Assembly (NCBI GenBank): GCA_964631935.1
Contig: CAZWAV010000001.1
Location: forward strand, 4,979-68,978
Origin: an uncultured Candidatus Saccharibacteria bacterium
GTDB taxonomy: Bacteria; Patescibacteriota; Minisyncoccia; Phycocordibacterales; UBA9973
Direction: 5' to 3'
DNA: 64,000 bases
Made by a program: the position numbers and the translations under genes
Part shown: positions 1 through 9,600 of the stretch, piece by piece
Position numbering within the stretch: the stretch's first letter is position 1
Layout: each line of letters opens with the position of its first letter
The notes under the pieces: model-generated
Seen by the model: only the letters and a program-made list of their open reading frames with translations
Databases searched by the model: none
Told to the model about the DNA's origin: nothing

Positions 1-47
1 AGGACTAAGAATACTGACATCGGTTTGGCGGAGCATAACCGCTAACT

Positions 48-635
48 ATGAATAAACAAAAAATAAGACAGTTCCTACAGTCATTTGTTGCTATTCCAAT
101 GTTGGCAGTAACAACACCAATACTTGGGGTAACACCATTACCAATATCAACTGTAGCCATTAGTCAGAATATAGCTGCGATTGAAGCTCCTGTGATAACA
201 ACACAAGAAGCTGAAGCTCGCAAAAAACACGCAGAAGAAATAGATTCATTCCTTGAATCAAGAAATGCTCCACTTGCCGGCTACGGAGAAAAGTTCGTAG
301 AGGAAGCAGAGCAAAATGGTCTAGACTATCGTTTGCTTCCAGCTATTGCGGTCCGTGAGACTGGTGCTGGAAAAGAGCCATGTAAGAACCCAAAAGCTCC
401 AAACAACAATTTCGGTTGGGCATCATGTAAAAAAGGCTTTAGTTCAGTTGATGAATCAATTGAGCATATAGCCAAAACATTAAGTGGTAATAACCCAAAA
501 GTTAAGCACTACAAAGATGGCATGACGACTGAACAGATTCTAAAGAAATACAATCCTGATTCTATAATACCTGGCTACTCTAAGCAGGTTATCAAAATCA
601 TGAAAATGATTGATGATAGAGAAGATATAGCTTAA
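48..635 (+). CDS. Secreted peptidoglycan hydrolase-like protein (glucosaminidase/FlgJ-type domain)
   Basis: N-terminal signal peptide. Central segment LLPAIAVRETGAGK...NNNFGW resembles the glucosaminidase (PF01832-like) core. Followed by a bidirectional terminator. Confidence 0.5.
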   Translation: MNKQKIRQFLQSFVAIPMLAVTTPILGVTPLPISTVAISQNIAAIEAPVITTQEAEARKKHAEEIDSFLESRNAPLAGYGEKFVEEAEQNGLDYRLLPAIAVRETGAGKEPCKNPKAPNNNFGWASCKKGFSSVDESIEHIAKTLSGNNPKVKHYKDGMTTEQILKKYNPDSIIPGYSKQVIKIMKMIDDREDIA

Positions 636-663
636 TAAAAAATCCCCGAAAGGGGATTTTTTA
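636..663. terminator. Bidirectional rho-independent terminator
   Basis: Stem ATCCCC / loop GAAA / GGGGAT with an A-run before and a T-run after. Sits between convergent ORF 48-635 and dnaE. Confidence 0.8.
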
Positions 664-3600
664 TTATATTCTTTTGAAGCTTTCTATTGTTATGCTTCTT
701 TCGCCATTACGCTCTGAGACTTTACCAGAGAGAGCAATGATAACATCTTTAATTAAGGTATCTTTTGTTGACTCGAATAGTTTAGAAAAAACAACAGCAT
801 CTATGGAGCTTGAAAAGTCTGAAACTTTTATAAATGCCATGCGATCACCCTTTTTTGTTACAACTACACGTATATCGTCAACTATCGCAGCTACTGTTAC
901 AGGCATGCCGACTTTAACCTCTTTATTTCTTATTTTCAAAATTAATGTTCCGAATTTCTCAATTTTCTCTTTATAGCTATCTAATGGATGTCCAGAGATA
1001 TAAAGACCAAGTAAATCTTTTTCCCAAGTTAATTTTTCATTCATTGTCGCTTCTAATTGAGGTACAAGTGTTAATTTAGTCTCTATGCCACCAATTGATC
1101 CAAAAAGTGAATCCTGAGCTGCAACGCCGCGAGATTCTTTATTGAAGGCAAGTAATGTTTCTAAGTTACCTATAACCATATTTCTAGGCGCTAAATCATC
1201 CATAGCCCCAGATTTTGCCAAGGCTTCCACGGACTTCTTGTTTAGATTTTTGTGGTTGATTCTTTCAAAGAAATCAGTTAATGATTTAAAAGGCCCACCT
1301 CTTTTTCTCTCTTCTATAATTGAGTCCGCTATATCAGTACCGAGATTTTTTATAGTATATAGTCCGAATCTTATTGTTCTTCCTTCTGGCTGGTTACTTC
1401 CGACGATAACAGTGAACCCTCCAAAACTTTCATTAACGTTTGGTGGTAATACATTAATATTCATCTTTTGACATTCATGGACAATTTCAGCAACCTTTTC
1501 AACATCCCCTGATTCCGCTGTCATAATAGCGGTCATATATTCTACTGGAAAATTCGCCTTCATGTATGCTGTTTGATAGGCTACTCGCCCATAGCTTGCT
1601 GAGTGGGCCTTATTGAAACCATAAGCAGCGAAAGGTTCTATCTGGTTCCACAATTCAGTAGCTTTCTTCTTTGGCCATTTACTATGCTCTACAGCACCAT
1701 TTATAAAGTGGTCTTTTTGTTCGGCCATCTCTTTAGGTATTTTTTTACCAACAGCTTTACGGAATTTATCTGCTTCACCCCAGCTATAACCTGAAATATT
1801 AATTGCAATCAAAAGAAGATCATCTTGGTAAACAAGGACACCGTATGTCTGTTTAAGAATTGGTTCAAGGGCTGGATCTAGGTATTTTATAAGCTTGGCA
1901 TTGTGTTTACGCTCAATATAAAGAGGGATAAATTGCATTGGTCCGGGACGATAAAGCGCGACCATGGCGTTTATATCGTGTATGGTTGTAGCCTTTAGTT
2001 CTCTTAGGTAGTGTGTAATACCCGAGCCATTTAATTGGAAAAGACCCATTGTCTCTCCACGAGCCAACATCTCAAATGTCTTCTTGTCGTCTAGTGGAAT
2101 TTTATCTAAATCAACATCTTTATCTAAAATAGTTTTTACGAGTGATACTGCGTCAGCTAATATCGCCAAATTTCTTATTCCCAAGAAGTCGAATTTAGGT
2201 AGACCCGCATCTTCAATACTATACATATCGTATTGAGTGATAATATTTCCACCCTTAGGGTCAAATTGAATAGGTGAGAATTCATAAAGTGGCCTCGGAG
2301 CTATCACAATCCCAGCAGCGTGTACTGAGATATGTCTGACGCACCCTTCCATTTTTTTTGCTAGATCTATTATCTTTTTTGTATCTGGCTCTTTTTCATA
2401 AGCCTCTTTTAATTCAGGTACTATTTCAAATGCATGATCAATAGTCATGGGCATACCTTGAGAACCAAGAGGAATCATACTAGATATACGATCACCGACA
2501 GTGTATGGGTAGCCCAAGGCGCGAGCCACATCTCTGACTGAGCCTTTAGCCATCATAGTTCCAAAAGTACCGATCTGAGCTACTTTATCCTCACCGTATT
2601 TTTCTTTAGCATATGCAATGATTTCATCGCGTCTGTTATCAGCATAGTCCATGTCTATATCAGGCAATGATGGACGCTCAGGGTTTAGGAAACGTTCAAA
2701 AGGTAGTTTGTATTCAAGTGGATCAACATTTGTAATACCCAACAAATAGGTAGTTAATGATCCTGCGACACTTCCTCGAATATTTGTCAGTATTCCATGC
2801 TCACGTGCGTAACGAAGAAGGTCACCAACGACCAGGAAATAGGTCGGGTAACCTTTTTGTTTTATTATTCCTAATTCATATTCCAACCTATCTAAATATT
2901 CTTTAGATTGTGGAAGTTCTCGAAAAGTAAATCCATTATAAGCCTGCTCTCGAAGCATATTATCTCCGGTCGTACCTTCTGGAATAGGAAAATCAGGGAA
3001 GTATGCTTTACCAAGTTCTAGGTCGTATTCTTCACACATATCAGATACTACACGACTATTATCAACAGCTTCTGGTACATCTTTAAAATATTCTCTTGCT
3101 GTCTTCTCATCTATAAGAGAAAAGTCATCATCTGAGAATTCAAACTTACCAGTGTCTTTACCTTCGGCTCCAGTGTTTACCTGCAGTAGTGTGTGGTGAG
3201 CTTCATGATCATCACGGCAAGGGTAATGTGAATCTTGAGTTGCGACAGTAGGAATACCATGTTTTTTTGCAAGTTCTACAAGTGCAGTGCGGAGTTCAGC
3301 ATCCCCCTCGATGTGCGGATGAGATTGGATTTCTATAAAATAATTCTCTTTACCAAATGCTTCTTGGTGATCTTTAATAAGTTCATCTGCACGTTCCATG
3401 TTGCCAGCAAGTACAGCGCGCGAGAGCATCCCACCCATACACCCCGAAAGACATATTATTCCCTCACCATATTCTTTCAGTAATTCTATATCTACACGAG
3501 GCTTGTAATAATACCCTTCAAGGTTTGCCTTTGTGACTAACTTCATCAAATTCTTGTAACCTATTTTATTTTTCGCTAATAAAATCAAGTGGTAGCGTTT

Positions 3601-3855
3601 ATTATCTATACCCGGTTCTTTGTCTGTATGCTTACGTTCAGCTACATATACCTCACATCCAATTATTGGTTTAATACCAGCCTTCTGACATTCTTTATAG
3701 AACTCAATTGCTCCATACATATTTCCGTGGTCAGTAACGGCAATTGCAGGCATACCGTGCTCTTTTGCAATACGGACAATATCTTCAATTTTGGACAATC
3801 CATCAAGCAGGGAATAGTGGGAATGGGTGTGGAGGTGGATAAACTTGGAATTCAT
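664..3855 (-). CDS. dnaE: DNA polymerase III alpha subunit (compact, 1063 aa)
   Basis: PHP domain at the N-terminus (HLHTHSHYSLLDG...). Polymerase core and OB fold are present throughout the ORF. Confidence 0.95.
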   Translation of the reverse strand: MNSKFIHLHTHSHYSLLDGLSKIEDIVRIAKEHGMPAIAVTDHGNMYGAIEFYKECQKAGIKPIIGCEVYVAERKHTDKEPGIDNKRYHLILLAKNKIGYKNLMKLVTKANLEGYYYKPRVDIELLKEYGEGIICLSGCMGGMLSRAVLAGNMERADELIKDHQEAFGKENYFIEIQSHPHIEGDAELRTALVELAKKHGIPTVATQDSHYPCRDDHEAHHTLLQVNTGAEGKDTGKFEFSDDDFSLIDEKTAREYFKDVPEAVDNSRVVSDMCEEYDLELGKAYFPDFPIPEGTTGDNMLREQAYNGFTFRELPQSKEYLDRLEYELGIIKQKGYPTYFLVVGDLLRYAREHGILTNIRGSVAGSLTTYLLGITNVDPLEYKLPFERFLNPERPSLPDIDMDYADNRRDEIIAYAKEKYGEDKVAQIGTFGTMMAKGSVRDVARALGYPYTVGDRISSMIPLGSQGMPMTIDHAFEIVPELKEAYEKEPDTKKIIDLAKKMEGCVRHISVHAAGIVIAPRPLYEFSPIQFDPKGGNIITQYDMYSIEDAGLPKFDFLGIRNLAILADAVSLVKTILDKDVDLDKIPLDDKKTFEMLARGETMGLFQLNGSGITHYLRELKATTIHDINAMVALYRPGPMQFIPLYIERKHNAKLIKYLDPALEPILKQTYGVLVYQDDLLLIAINISGYSWGEADKFRKAVGKKIPKEMAEQKDHFINGAVEHSKWPKKKATELWNQIEPFAAYGFNKAHSASYGRVAYQTAYMKANFPVEYMTAIMTAESGDVEKVAEIVHECQKMNINVLPPNVNESFGGFTVIVGSNQPEGRTIRFGLYTIKNLGTDIADSIIEERKRGGPFKSLTDFFERINHKNLNKKSVEALAKSGAMDDLAPRNMVIGNLETLLAFNKESRGVAAQDSLFGSIGGIETKLTLVPQLEATMNEKLTWEKDLLGLYISGHPLDSYKEKIEKFGTLILKIRNKEVKVGMPVTVAAIVDDIRVVVTKKGDRMAFIKVSDFSSSIDAVVFSKLFESTKDTLIKDVIIALSGKVSERNGERSITIESFKRI

Positions 3856-3891
3856 TTCCCTAGTATAGCAAATGAGGTATGATAGCTCTAT

Positions 3892-4494
3892 ATGGACAAG
3901 GAGCCTAAAAATCAGCAGTATATCATTGGAATTGACGAAGTAGGTAGAGGTCCAATTGCGGGACCGGTAGCTGTTTGTTCATTTAAGTGTGAACCTAGCT
4001 TCTTTAATTTAATTTCAATTGATATACCACTTCGAGATTCAAAGAAATTAACTAAAAAGCAAAGAGAGAAATGGTTTGAATATTTAAAAGAAGAAAAAGC
4101 AAAAGGTAATTGCGATTTTTCTGTTTCTCTTGTTTCTGCTGAGTGGATTGATAAAGTCGGCATTGTTCGATCTATTACAAAAGCACTCGAAACTTCACTC
4201 CTAAAGGTAACAAAAGATCCAAAAGAAGTCTCAGTCTATCTAGACGGTGGCCTAAAAGCCCCAGAGCAATTTATATACCAAGAAACAATTATCAAAGGCG
4301 ATGAACTTCATCCAGTGATATCGTGTGCATCAATTGTGGCCAAAGTCTCTCGGGATAGTTTGATGGATACATACGCGAAAGAGTATCCAGATTATGGATT
4401 TGAAAATCATTCGGGTTATGGTACAAAAGCCCACTATTATGCCATAAAAAAGTATGGGCAAACCAAGCTCCATAGGAAAAGTTTCCTACACTAG
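3892..4494 (+). CDS. rnhB: Ribonuclease HII
   Basis: IIGIDEVGRGPIAGPVAV N-terminal catalytic motif and typical length. A TATGAT -10 lies 8 nt before the ATG and there is no SD. Confidence 0.9.
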   Translation: MDKEPKNQQYIIGIDEVGRGPIAGPVAVCSFKCEPSFFNLISIDIPLRDSKKLTKKQREKWFEYLKEEKAKGNCDFSVSLVSAEWIDKVGIVRSITKALETSLLKVTKDPKEVSVYLDGGLKAPEQFIYQETIIKGDELHPVISCASIVAKVSRDSLMDTYAKEYPDYGFENHSGYGTKAHYYAIKKYGQTKLHRKSFLH

Positions 4495-5006
4495 AAGAAT
4501 AAGTGATATATAAAACTCACTATAGGGTCTATTTCTGGACCATAAACTATTGCCCCGCCTAGAGCCCCGGTTATAGTAATAGTCACAAGTCCTATCAATG
4601 CAAGAATTATGGGTAAATACCCACTAAGTATTTTTTGAGCAATGTTTACTTTTATGTTCCAAATTTTTGAGAACTTACTAGATCTTAGCTTTTGATCAAA
4701 TTCTGATTTACTTATCCAGGACACAAGATAGACGATAGCTAAAAATCCAAAAATCCAAGTAGAAGCTGATGCAAAAGTTGAGTGCGTTTCTATAAGCGGA
4801 CGTAAATCTTTATTGGCTAAATTCTCAGCACTTTCCCCAGTATTAAGAGCCAGAAAGGCAGATATCGTACCAGTGATGACAAGAATTGCTTTTACGTAAA
4901 ACCAATAAGCCGTCTCCTTTATTTTTTTAAATCTTAGCAATTCAGCTATAGCGTAAATTGTCATTAAAGCTATAGGAAAGTGTACAAAAATTGGATGTAT
5001 ATTCAT
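4491..5006 (-). CDS. Integral membrane protein (DUF2231-like)
   Basis: Four predicted TM helices. Start HPIFVHFPIAL is typical of DUF2231. Confidence 0.4.
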   Translation of the reverse strand: MNIHPIFVHFPIALMTIYAIAELLRFKKIKETAYWFYVKAILVITGTISAFLALNTGESAENLANKDLRPLIETHSTFASASTWIFGFLAIVYLVSWISKSEFDQKLRSSKFSKIWNIKVNIAQKILSGYLPIILALIGLVTITITGALGGAIVYGPEIDPIVSFIYHLFF

Positions 5007-5018
5007 GAACTAATTATA

Positions 5019-7601
5019 CTACTTTCCATAGTTCTTTTCTAACCATTTTTTTATCTTCTTTTTATCATCTTTAAGCCACGTTGCATTTGAGTAAATACGC
5101 TCGTATGCTTGCTCGAGTGTCCGCTCCGCTCCTGGAGCACTATTTTTCTTAAAGAATTTCTTGGCCTCAACAGCATCTTTTACTTTAGTATGAGTTCCGA
5201 GCGGAGATAGTAGTCGTGAAAGAAAGTGACCACCTTCACCGTAATTTTTTAGGATTACTTTCCAATTACTTTTTACAAATTTCCAAGTTAGCTCACGACC
5301 ATAAGAATTATTCCAAGTAGCTGTCATTAAATGTGGGGCATCTTGGTTTCTAATTGAGCCTGATAGTGTGTAGTTCAAGGTCTTTTTTAGTAACTTCTCA
5401 TTTTTAAAAGCAGTCAATGCTCTGGCGTATCGATCCTTTTCCTCATGCATTTCTGTAATTTTATGTAGGTGTTCAAATTCTTCCCAGTCTTTTACGTTGC
5501 CGTTTTGAGCAACAATAGAGTATATGACACTTCTAAGATCTGCTTCTATTGGATTTTTTTTCTTATCTTTAAATTTTTCTTGAGCTTTCTTTATTATAAT
5601 TTTATCTCCATAAAATCCTGCCTGTGAAAGAGCAAGTGAACGCAGAAATGTAGAGGAGTGATCTTCGCCACTAATCTTTTCCCAACCCATTTTTTGGGCA
5701 AGTGGGCTAAATAACGACAAAACATACTTATTGTAGATAGATGTATACTTTTCTTCCGAAATAATATTTTTTATTTTATTAACACCAGAAGCTATTTCAG
5801 CCCATACTATATACTCTGTCTCATTTTTATAAGAAAGAGAAAATTCCATTGCATCAGCGCTCGATATATACCCACCTTCTGCTAGTGCAAATAAATCGCG
5901 AATAATACCTAACCGGTCATGCAATGATATTTTTCCTTCTTTTATATCTTGTCTAAGGTGTTCAAGTGTTTCTTTGTCATATAATACTCTTGCTAATGAT
6001 TTCTCTCCCTTATTTATTTTACCAATTGATGTTCCAATTAGAGGAGAAGAATTTTTTGTAATTAATGTCTTTAATACCTCATTATTACTTTCGTATGAGA
6101 ATGGAATTTGCCATAGAGTTTTATCCTTAGTTTCTTTTGCTGAAATACGACTTGCAAAAAATCTCTCTTGGGAAATCTTGTATATATTTTTACTTTTACT
6201 TAAAGATAAAAGTGGATAGCCGGTTTTCTGAGTCCAATTCTGCATAATTTTTGACACTGGTTTTTTGCTAGTTTTTTCAAATGAGTGCCAAAGGTCTACT
6301 GTTTGTGTGTTTTTATAACTATGCTTCTTTAAATAGTGCTGTAAACCTAATCTAAAAGCATCCTCTCCTATATAGGAAGCAAGCATCCTTATAACAGTTG
6401 CTCCTTTTGCATAAGAGACCATGTCAAAAATTTCATTTATTTCATCAGGGTGATGTACTGTAACTTCAATAGGGTGAGAATTTTTTAATGAATCAAGTCT
6501 TAGTGCTGCTGCTACATCTGCTGTTAAGAATTGATCCCATACTTTCCACTCCGGGAATATGTGGTCAACAGCTAAGTATTCTATATATGATGCAAATCCT
6601 TCATTAAGCCAAAGATCAGTCCACCATTCCATTGTTACCAAGTTCCCGAACCATTGATGAGCAAGTTCATGGGCAATCACAAGCGCTACCCATTGTTTAT
6701 TCGAAAGAGATGAATTTTCCTCATCAACCAGTATGGCTGTCTCTCTATAGGTTACAGCCCCCCAGTTTTCCATTGCACCAGATTCAAAATCTGGTATTGC
6801 AATCATATCAAGCACAGGAAGTGGGTAGGGAATATCGAAATATTTATTATAAAATTCAAGAGATCGTATTGCCACATCAAGTGCAAATTTTGCCTGATGT
6901 TTCTTGCCTACAGTTGTAAACACTCGTACCTGGGTCTTATCTTTTGTGTATCCCTCCACGTATTCAAACTCACCAATAATAAAGGCAAGTAAATATGTAG
7001 ACATTCGAGGAGTTGAAGCAAATTCAATGACCTTATAACCACCTTCATGTTCCTTAATACTTGAGGGCATCGTATTTGATATGGCTGTATGACTACCAGG
7101 TACAATGAGAGATACATCAAAGATTGCTTTTTGTGCTGGTTCATCAAAGCAGGGGAATGCACGCCTCGCATCTGTAGCCTCAAATTGTGTTGTTGCTAAG
7201 TGTTTCTGCTCACCATTTAGTGTATACCTGCTACGATAAAATCCTCGGAGTGTTTCATTTATAATTCCTTCAAATACGATAGAGAGTTTTGCCTTACCTT
7301 TTTTAATTGGAGATTTAAATGTGAATGTCGCTGTCTCGGCTTTGATATCATAAGAAATAATACTTGCAAATTGGTTATCTTTATTTTGGATTATTTCGAC
7401 CGTCTCAATTTTTATATCTTTAGAGTGTAGAGTTATTTCTTTTATCGGCTTGTCTATGGTCAGAGTTATAATCTCTTTACCTGAAAACGTAAAGGCTTCC
7501 AAATCTGGTTTGAGAGTCAAATTATATCGCTCTGGTTTTATGTGTGGAACGAGCCGAACGGATTTTATGTTCTTTTTGTTTAGTGGTTGTTTCTGAGTCA
7601 T
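5019..7601 (-). CDS. pepN: Aminopeptidase N, M1 family zinc metallopeptidase
   Basis: GAMEN motif followed by HELAHQWFGN...LWLNEGFA (HEXXH-18-E). Confidence 0.9.
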   Translation of the reverse strand: MTQKQPLNKKNIKSVRLVPHIKPERYNLTLKPDLEAFTFSGKEIITLTIDKPIKEITLHSKDIKIETVEIIQNKDNQFASIISYDIKAETATFTFKSPIKKGKAKLSIVFEGIINETLRGFYRSRYTLNGEQKHLATTQFEATDARRAFPCFDEPAQKAIFDVSLIVPGSHTAISNTMPSSIKEHEGGYKVIEFASTPRMSTYLLAFIIGEFEYVEGYTKDKTQVRVFTTVGKKHQAKFALDVAIRSLEFYNKYFDIPYPLPVLDMIAIPDFESGAMENWGAVTYRETAILVDEENSSLSNKQWVALVIAHELAHQWFGNLVTMEWWTDLWLNEGFASYIEYLAVDHIFPEWKVWDQFLTADVAAALRLDSLKNSHPIEVTVHHPDEINEIFDMVSYAKGATVIRMLASYIGEDAFRLGLQHYLKKHSYKNTQTVDLWHSFEKTSKKPVSKIMQNWTQKTGYPLLSLSKSKNIYKISQERFFASRISAKETKDKTLWQIPFSYESNNEVLKTLITKNSSPLIGTSIGKINKGEKSLARVLYDKETLEHLRQDIKEGKISLHDRLGIIRDLFALAEGGYISSADAMEFSLSYKNETEYIVWAEIASGVNKIKNIISEEKYTSIYNKYVLSLFSPLAQKMGWEKISGEDHSSTFLRSLALSQAGFYGDKIIIKKAQEKFKDKKKNPIEADLRSVIYSIVAQNGNVKDWEEFEHLHKITEMHEEKDRYARALTAFKNEKLLKKTLNYTLSGSIRNQDAPHLMTATWNNSYGRELTWKFVKSNWKVILKNYGEGGHFLSRLLSPLGTHTKVKDAVEAKKFFKKNSAPGAERTLEQAYERIYSNATWLKDDKKKIKKWLEKNYGK

Positions 7602-7604
7602 ATA

Positions 7605-8825
7605 TTATTTTGTTGCCTGTTCTATTCGCTCAAGAGCTACAATAAATGCTGTTCGACGAATATCAGTTTTCAATTCAGTAGATCTTTTCCATATTATTTC
7701 TGTTTCCTCATCCATTATCTTTTTTAATTTTTTAAACACTTCCTCTTCGGTCCAGTGTTCACCTTTTAGGTTCTGCTCCCATTCAAAAGTTGAAACTGTT
7801 ACTCCGCCAGCATTCGCTAAAATGTCTGGAATAACAGGAATGTTTTTTGAGAAAAGTATATCATCGGCTTCTGGTGTAGTTGGGCCATTGGCAAGCTCGA
7901 CAACAAGCTTTGCTTTTATGTTATTTGCATTCGCTTCTGTAATTTGATTTTCAAGTGCAGCAGGAATAAGTATATCGCACTCCAAGAGAAGAAGATCTTC
8001 ATTGGTAATCATCTTTGATCCAGGGAATCCAGAAATTTGCCCGTTCTCTTTTTTGTATTCATTTAAAAGTTTTATATCAATACCGTCCTCTTTTAATATT
8101 GCTCCTTTTGAGTCGGATATAGCGATAATAGTGTGACCGTGCTTCGAAAGTATTTCTGCTGCATTACCACCGACATTTCCAAATCCTTGAATTACTATTT
8201 TGCATGAGTCAGGCATTGCCATCTTTTCCCTTATAGAATCAAATACATAAAACCCTCCGAGGCCTGTTGCTGGTCCGCGACCTTCTGACCCTCCGACTTC
8301 AATAGGCTTACCTGTAATAACAGCATTGGTTTTATCACCTGTAATTTTTGCATATTCATCTACCATCCAAGACATTATCTCAGGTGTTGTGTTTACATCA
8401 GGTGCTGGTACGTCGACTTGTGGACCAATGACAGGTGCCATAAGCTTAATCCATCCACGAGACAATCGCTCAAGTTCGCCCTTAGATAATTTTTTTGGAT
8501 CTACTGTAATACCACCCTTTCCTCCACCCATAGGAATGTTTGCAACAGCACACTTAAGTGCCATCCAAAAGGCGAGAGCTTTAACCTCATTTATGTCAGT
8601 ATCTTGATGGTATCTTATTCCACCTTTGTACGGCCCCCGAGCATTGTTGTATTGAACTCTATATCCCTCAAATATAGACAGTGAACCGTCATCCATAGTT
8701 ACAGGTATGGATATTCTAATTTCACGATTAGGTTGGTGAAGACGAGACAGGAATTCTTTGCTGAATTGCTTCACTTTCGTAGCTCTTTCTAGTTGTGATA
8801 GGGCATTTTCGAATGGATTATTCAT
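7605..8825 (-). CDS. gdhA: Glutamate dehydrogenase (Glu/Leu/Phe/Val dehydrogenase family)
   Basis: PMGGGKGG catalytic lysine region and a C-terminal NAD(P)-binding GFGNVG motif. Confidence 0.9.
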   Translation of the reverse strand: MNNPFENALSQLERATKVKQFSKEFLSRLHQPNREIRISIPVTMDDGSLSIFEGYRVQYNNARGPYKGGIRYHQDTDINEVKALAFWMALKCAVANIPMGGGKGGITVDPKKLSKGELERLSRGWIKLMAPVIGPQVDVPAPDVNTTPEIMSWMVDEYAKITGDKTNAVITGKPIEVGGSEGRGPATGLGGFYVFDSIREKMAMPDSCKIVIQGFGNVGGNAAEILSKHGHTIIAISDSKGAILKEDGIDIKLLNEYKKENGQISGFPGSKMITNEDLLLLECDILIPAALENQITEANANNIKAKLVVELANGPTTPEADDILFSKNIPVIPDILANAGGVTVSTFEWEQNLKGEHWTEEEVFKKLKKIMDEETEIIWKRSTELKTDIRRTAFIVALERIEQATK

Positions 8826-8935
8826 AATTTGTGTATTATTATTTTAATACTTTTTATTATACTCTTTTTGTCTGGCAACATATAATTTTGGTTATTAGCC
8901 TTATAATATAAGCTTAATAGGGGATGTAATAGCCC

Positions 8936-8965
8936 TTGACAAGATACATATATCTATGCTATAAT
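8936..8965 (+). promoter_or_regulatory. Consensus sigma70 promoter (TTGACA-18-TATAAT), -10 ending 6 nt before the ATG (leaderless transcript predicted)
   Basis: TTGACA at 8936-8941 and TATAAT at 8960-8965. ATG at 8972. No SD. Confidence 0.6.
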
Positions 8966-8971
8966 ACTCGC

Positions 8972-9472
8972 ATGAATATGAAAACAACAAAAAACTTAAT
9001 AATCTTATCAGCCTTTGTTTTTGGGCTCTTAGGTGCTAATAATGCGCTTGCTTATGTTCCAGGTGTCTGGGATCCAGCGCCACGTGTATATAACAATGAA
9101 CCAGCTTTCTATAAAGTGCCTGTTACTTACGATGCACCAGTAGTTCCTCAGACTACAACAACTTCTACGACTTCTACTACAACAACACCAAAGAAGACAG
9201 TAGCTACGAATACTTCTACAACTAAAAGTACTACTACAACAACAAATGTTAACGATGCTCGTGAGTTGAAACCAATTGTTACAGAAGATGCTTACAACAA
9301 TAATAATAATGGTCTAACAGCACTTTCACTTGCAGGCTCTGGTGGCTTTATGCCAAGTTCAGTATGGCAGTGGTTGATGGTGATATTGTTAATACTAGTG
9401 ATTATTATAATCGCTCGCATGCTAGGAAAGTCTCACTCTCATCATGAAGTTCACACTGTAACAGCACACTAA
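8972..9472 (+). CDS. Small Thr-rich surface protein with C-terminal sorting-signal-like tail (LAGSG motif, TM, basic tail)
   Basis: Signal peptide, a T/S-rich stalk, then ...SLAGSGG followed by a hydrophobic helix and ARMLGKSHSHH. The ORF-track start at 8936 lies inside the promoter, so the start is reassigned to ATG 8972. Confidence 0.5.
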   Translation: MNMKTTKNLIILSAFVFGLLGANNALAYVPGVWDPAPRVYNNEPAFYKVPVTYDAPVVPQTTTTSTTSTTTTPKKTVATNTSTTKSTTTTTNVNDARELKPIVTEDAYNNNNNGLTALSLAGSGGFMPSSVWQWLMVILLILVIIIIARMLGKSHSHHEVHTVTAH

Positions 9473-9487
9473 TTTTAGTATAAAATA

Positions 9488-9516
9488 TAAAAAGCACCCT
9501 ATCGGGTGCTTTTTAT
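9488..9516 (+). terminator. Rho-independent terminator
   Basis: AGCACCC-TATC-GGGTGCT hairpin followed by a T-run. Confidence 0.8.
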
Positions 9517-9600
9517 TATCCCCATAAAATCAAGAGATATATATATACATTAAATAACCAATATTGTATAATTATGTTATTAATACTAAAAAATAAAATC

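Noticed and set aside
674-3882. Several 60-110-aa plus-strand ORFs inside dnaE and similar antisense ORFs inside other long genes
   Set aside because: They are antisense to strongly supported genes and have low-complexity translations, as expected for an AT-rich genome.
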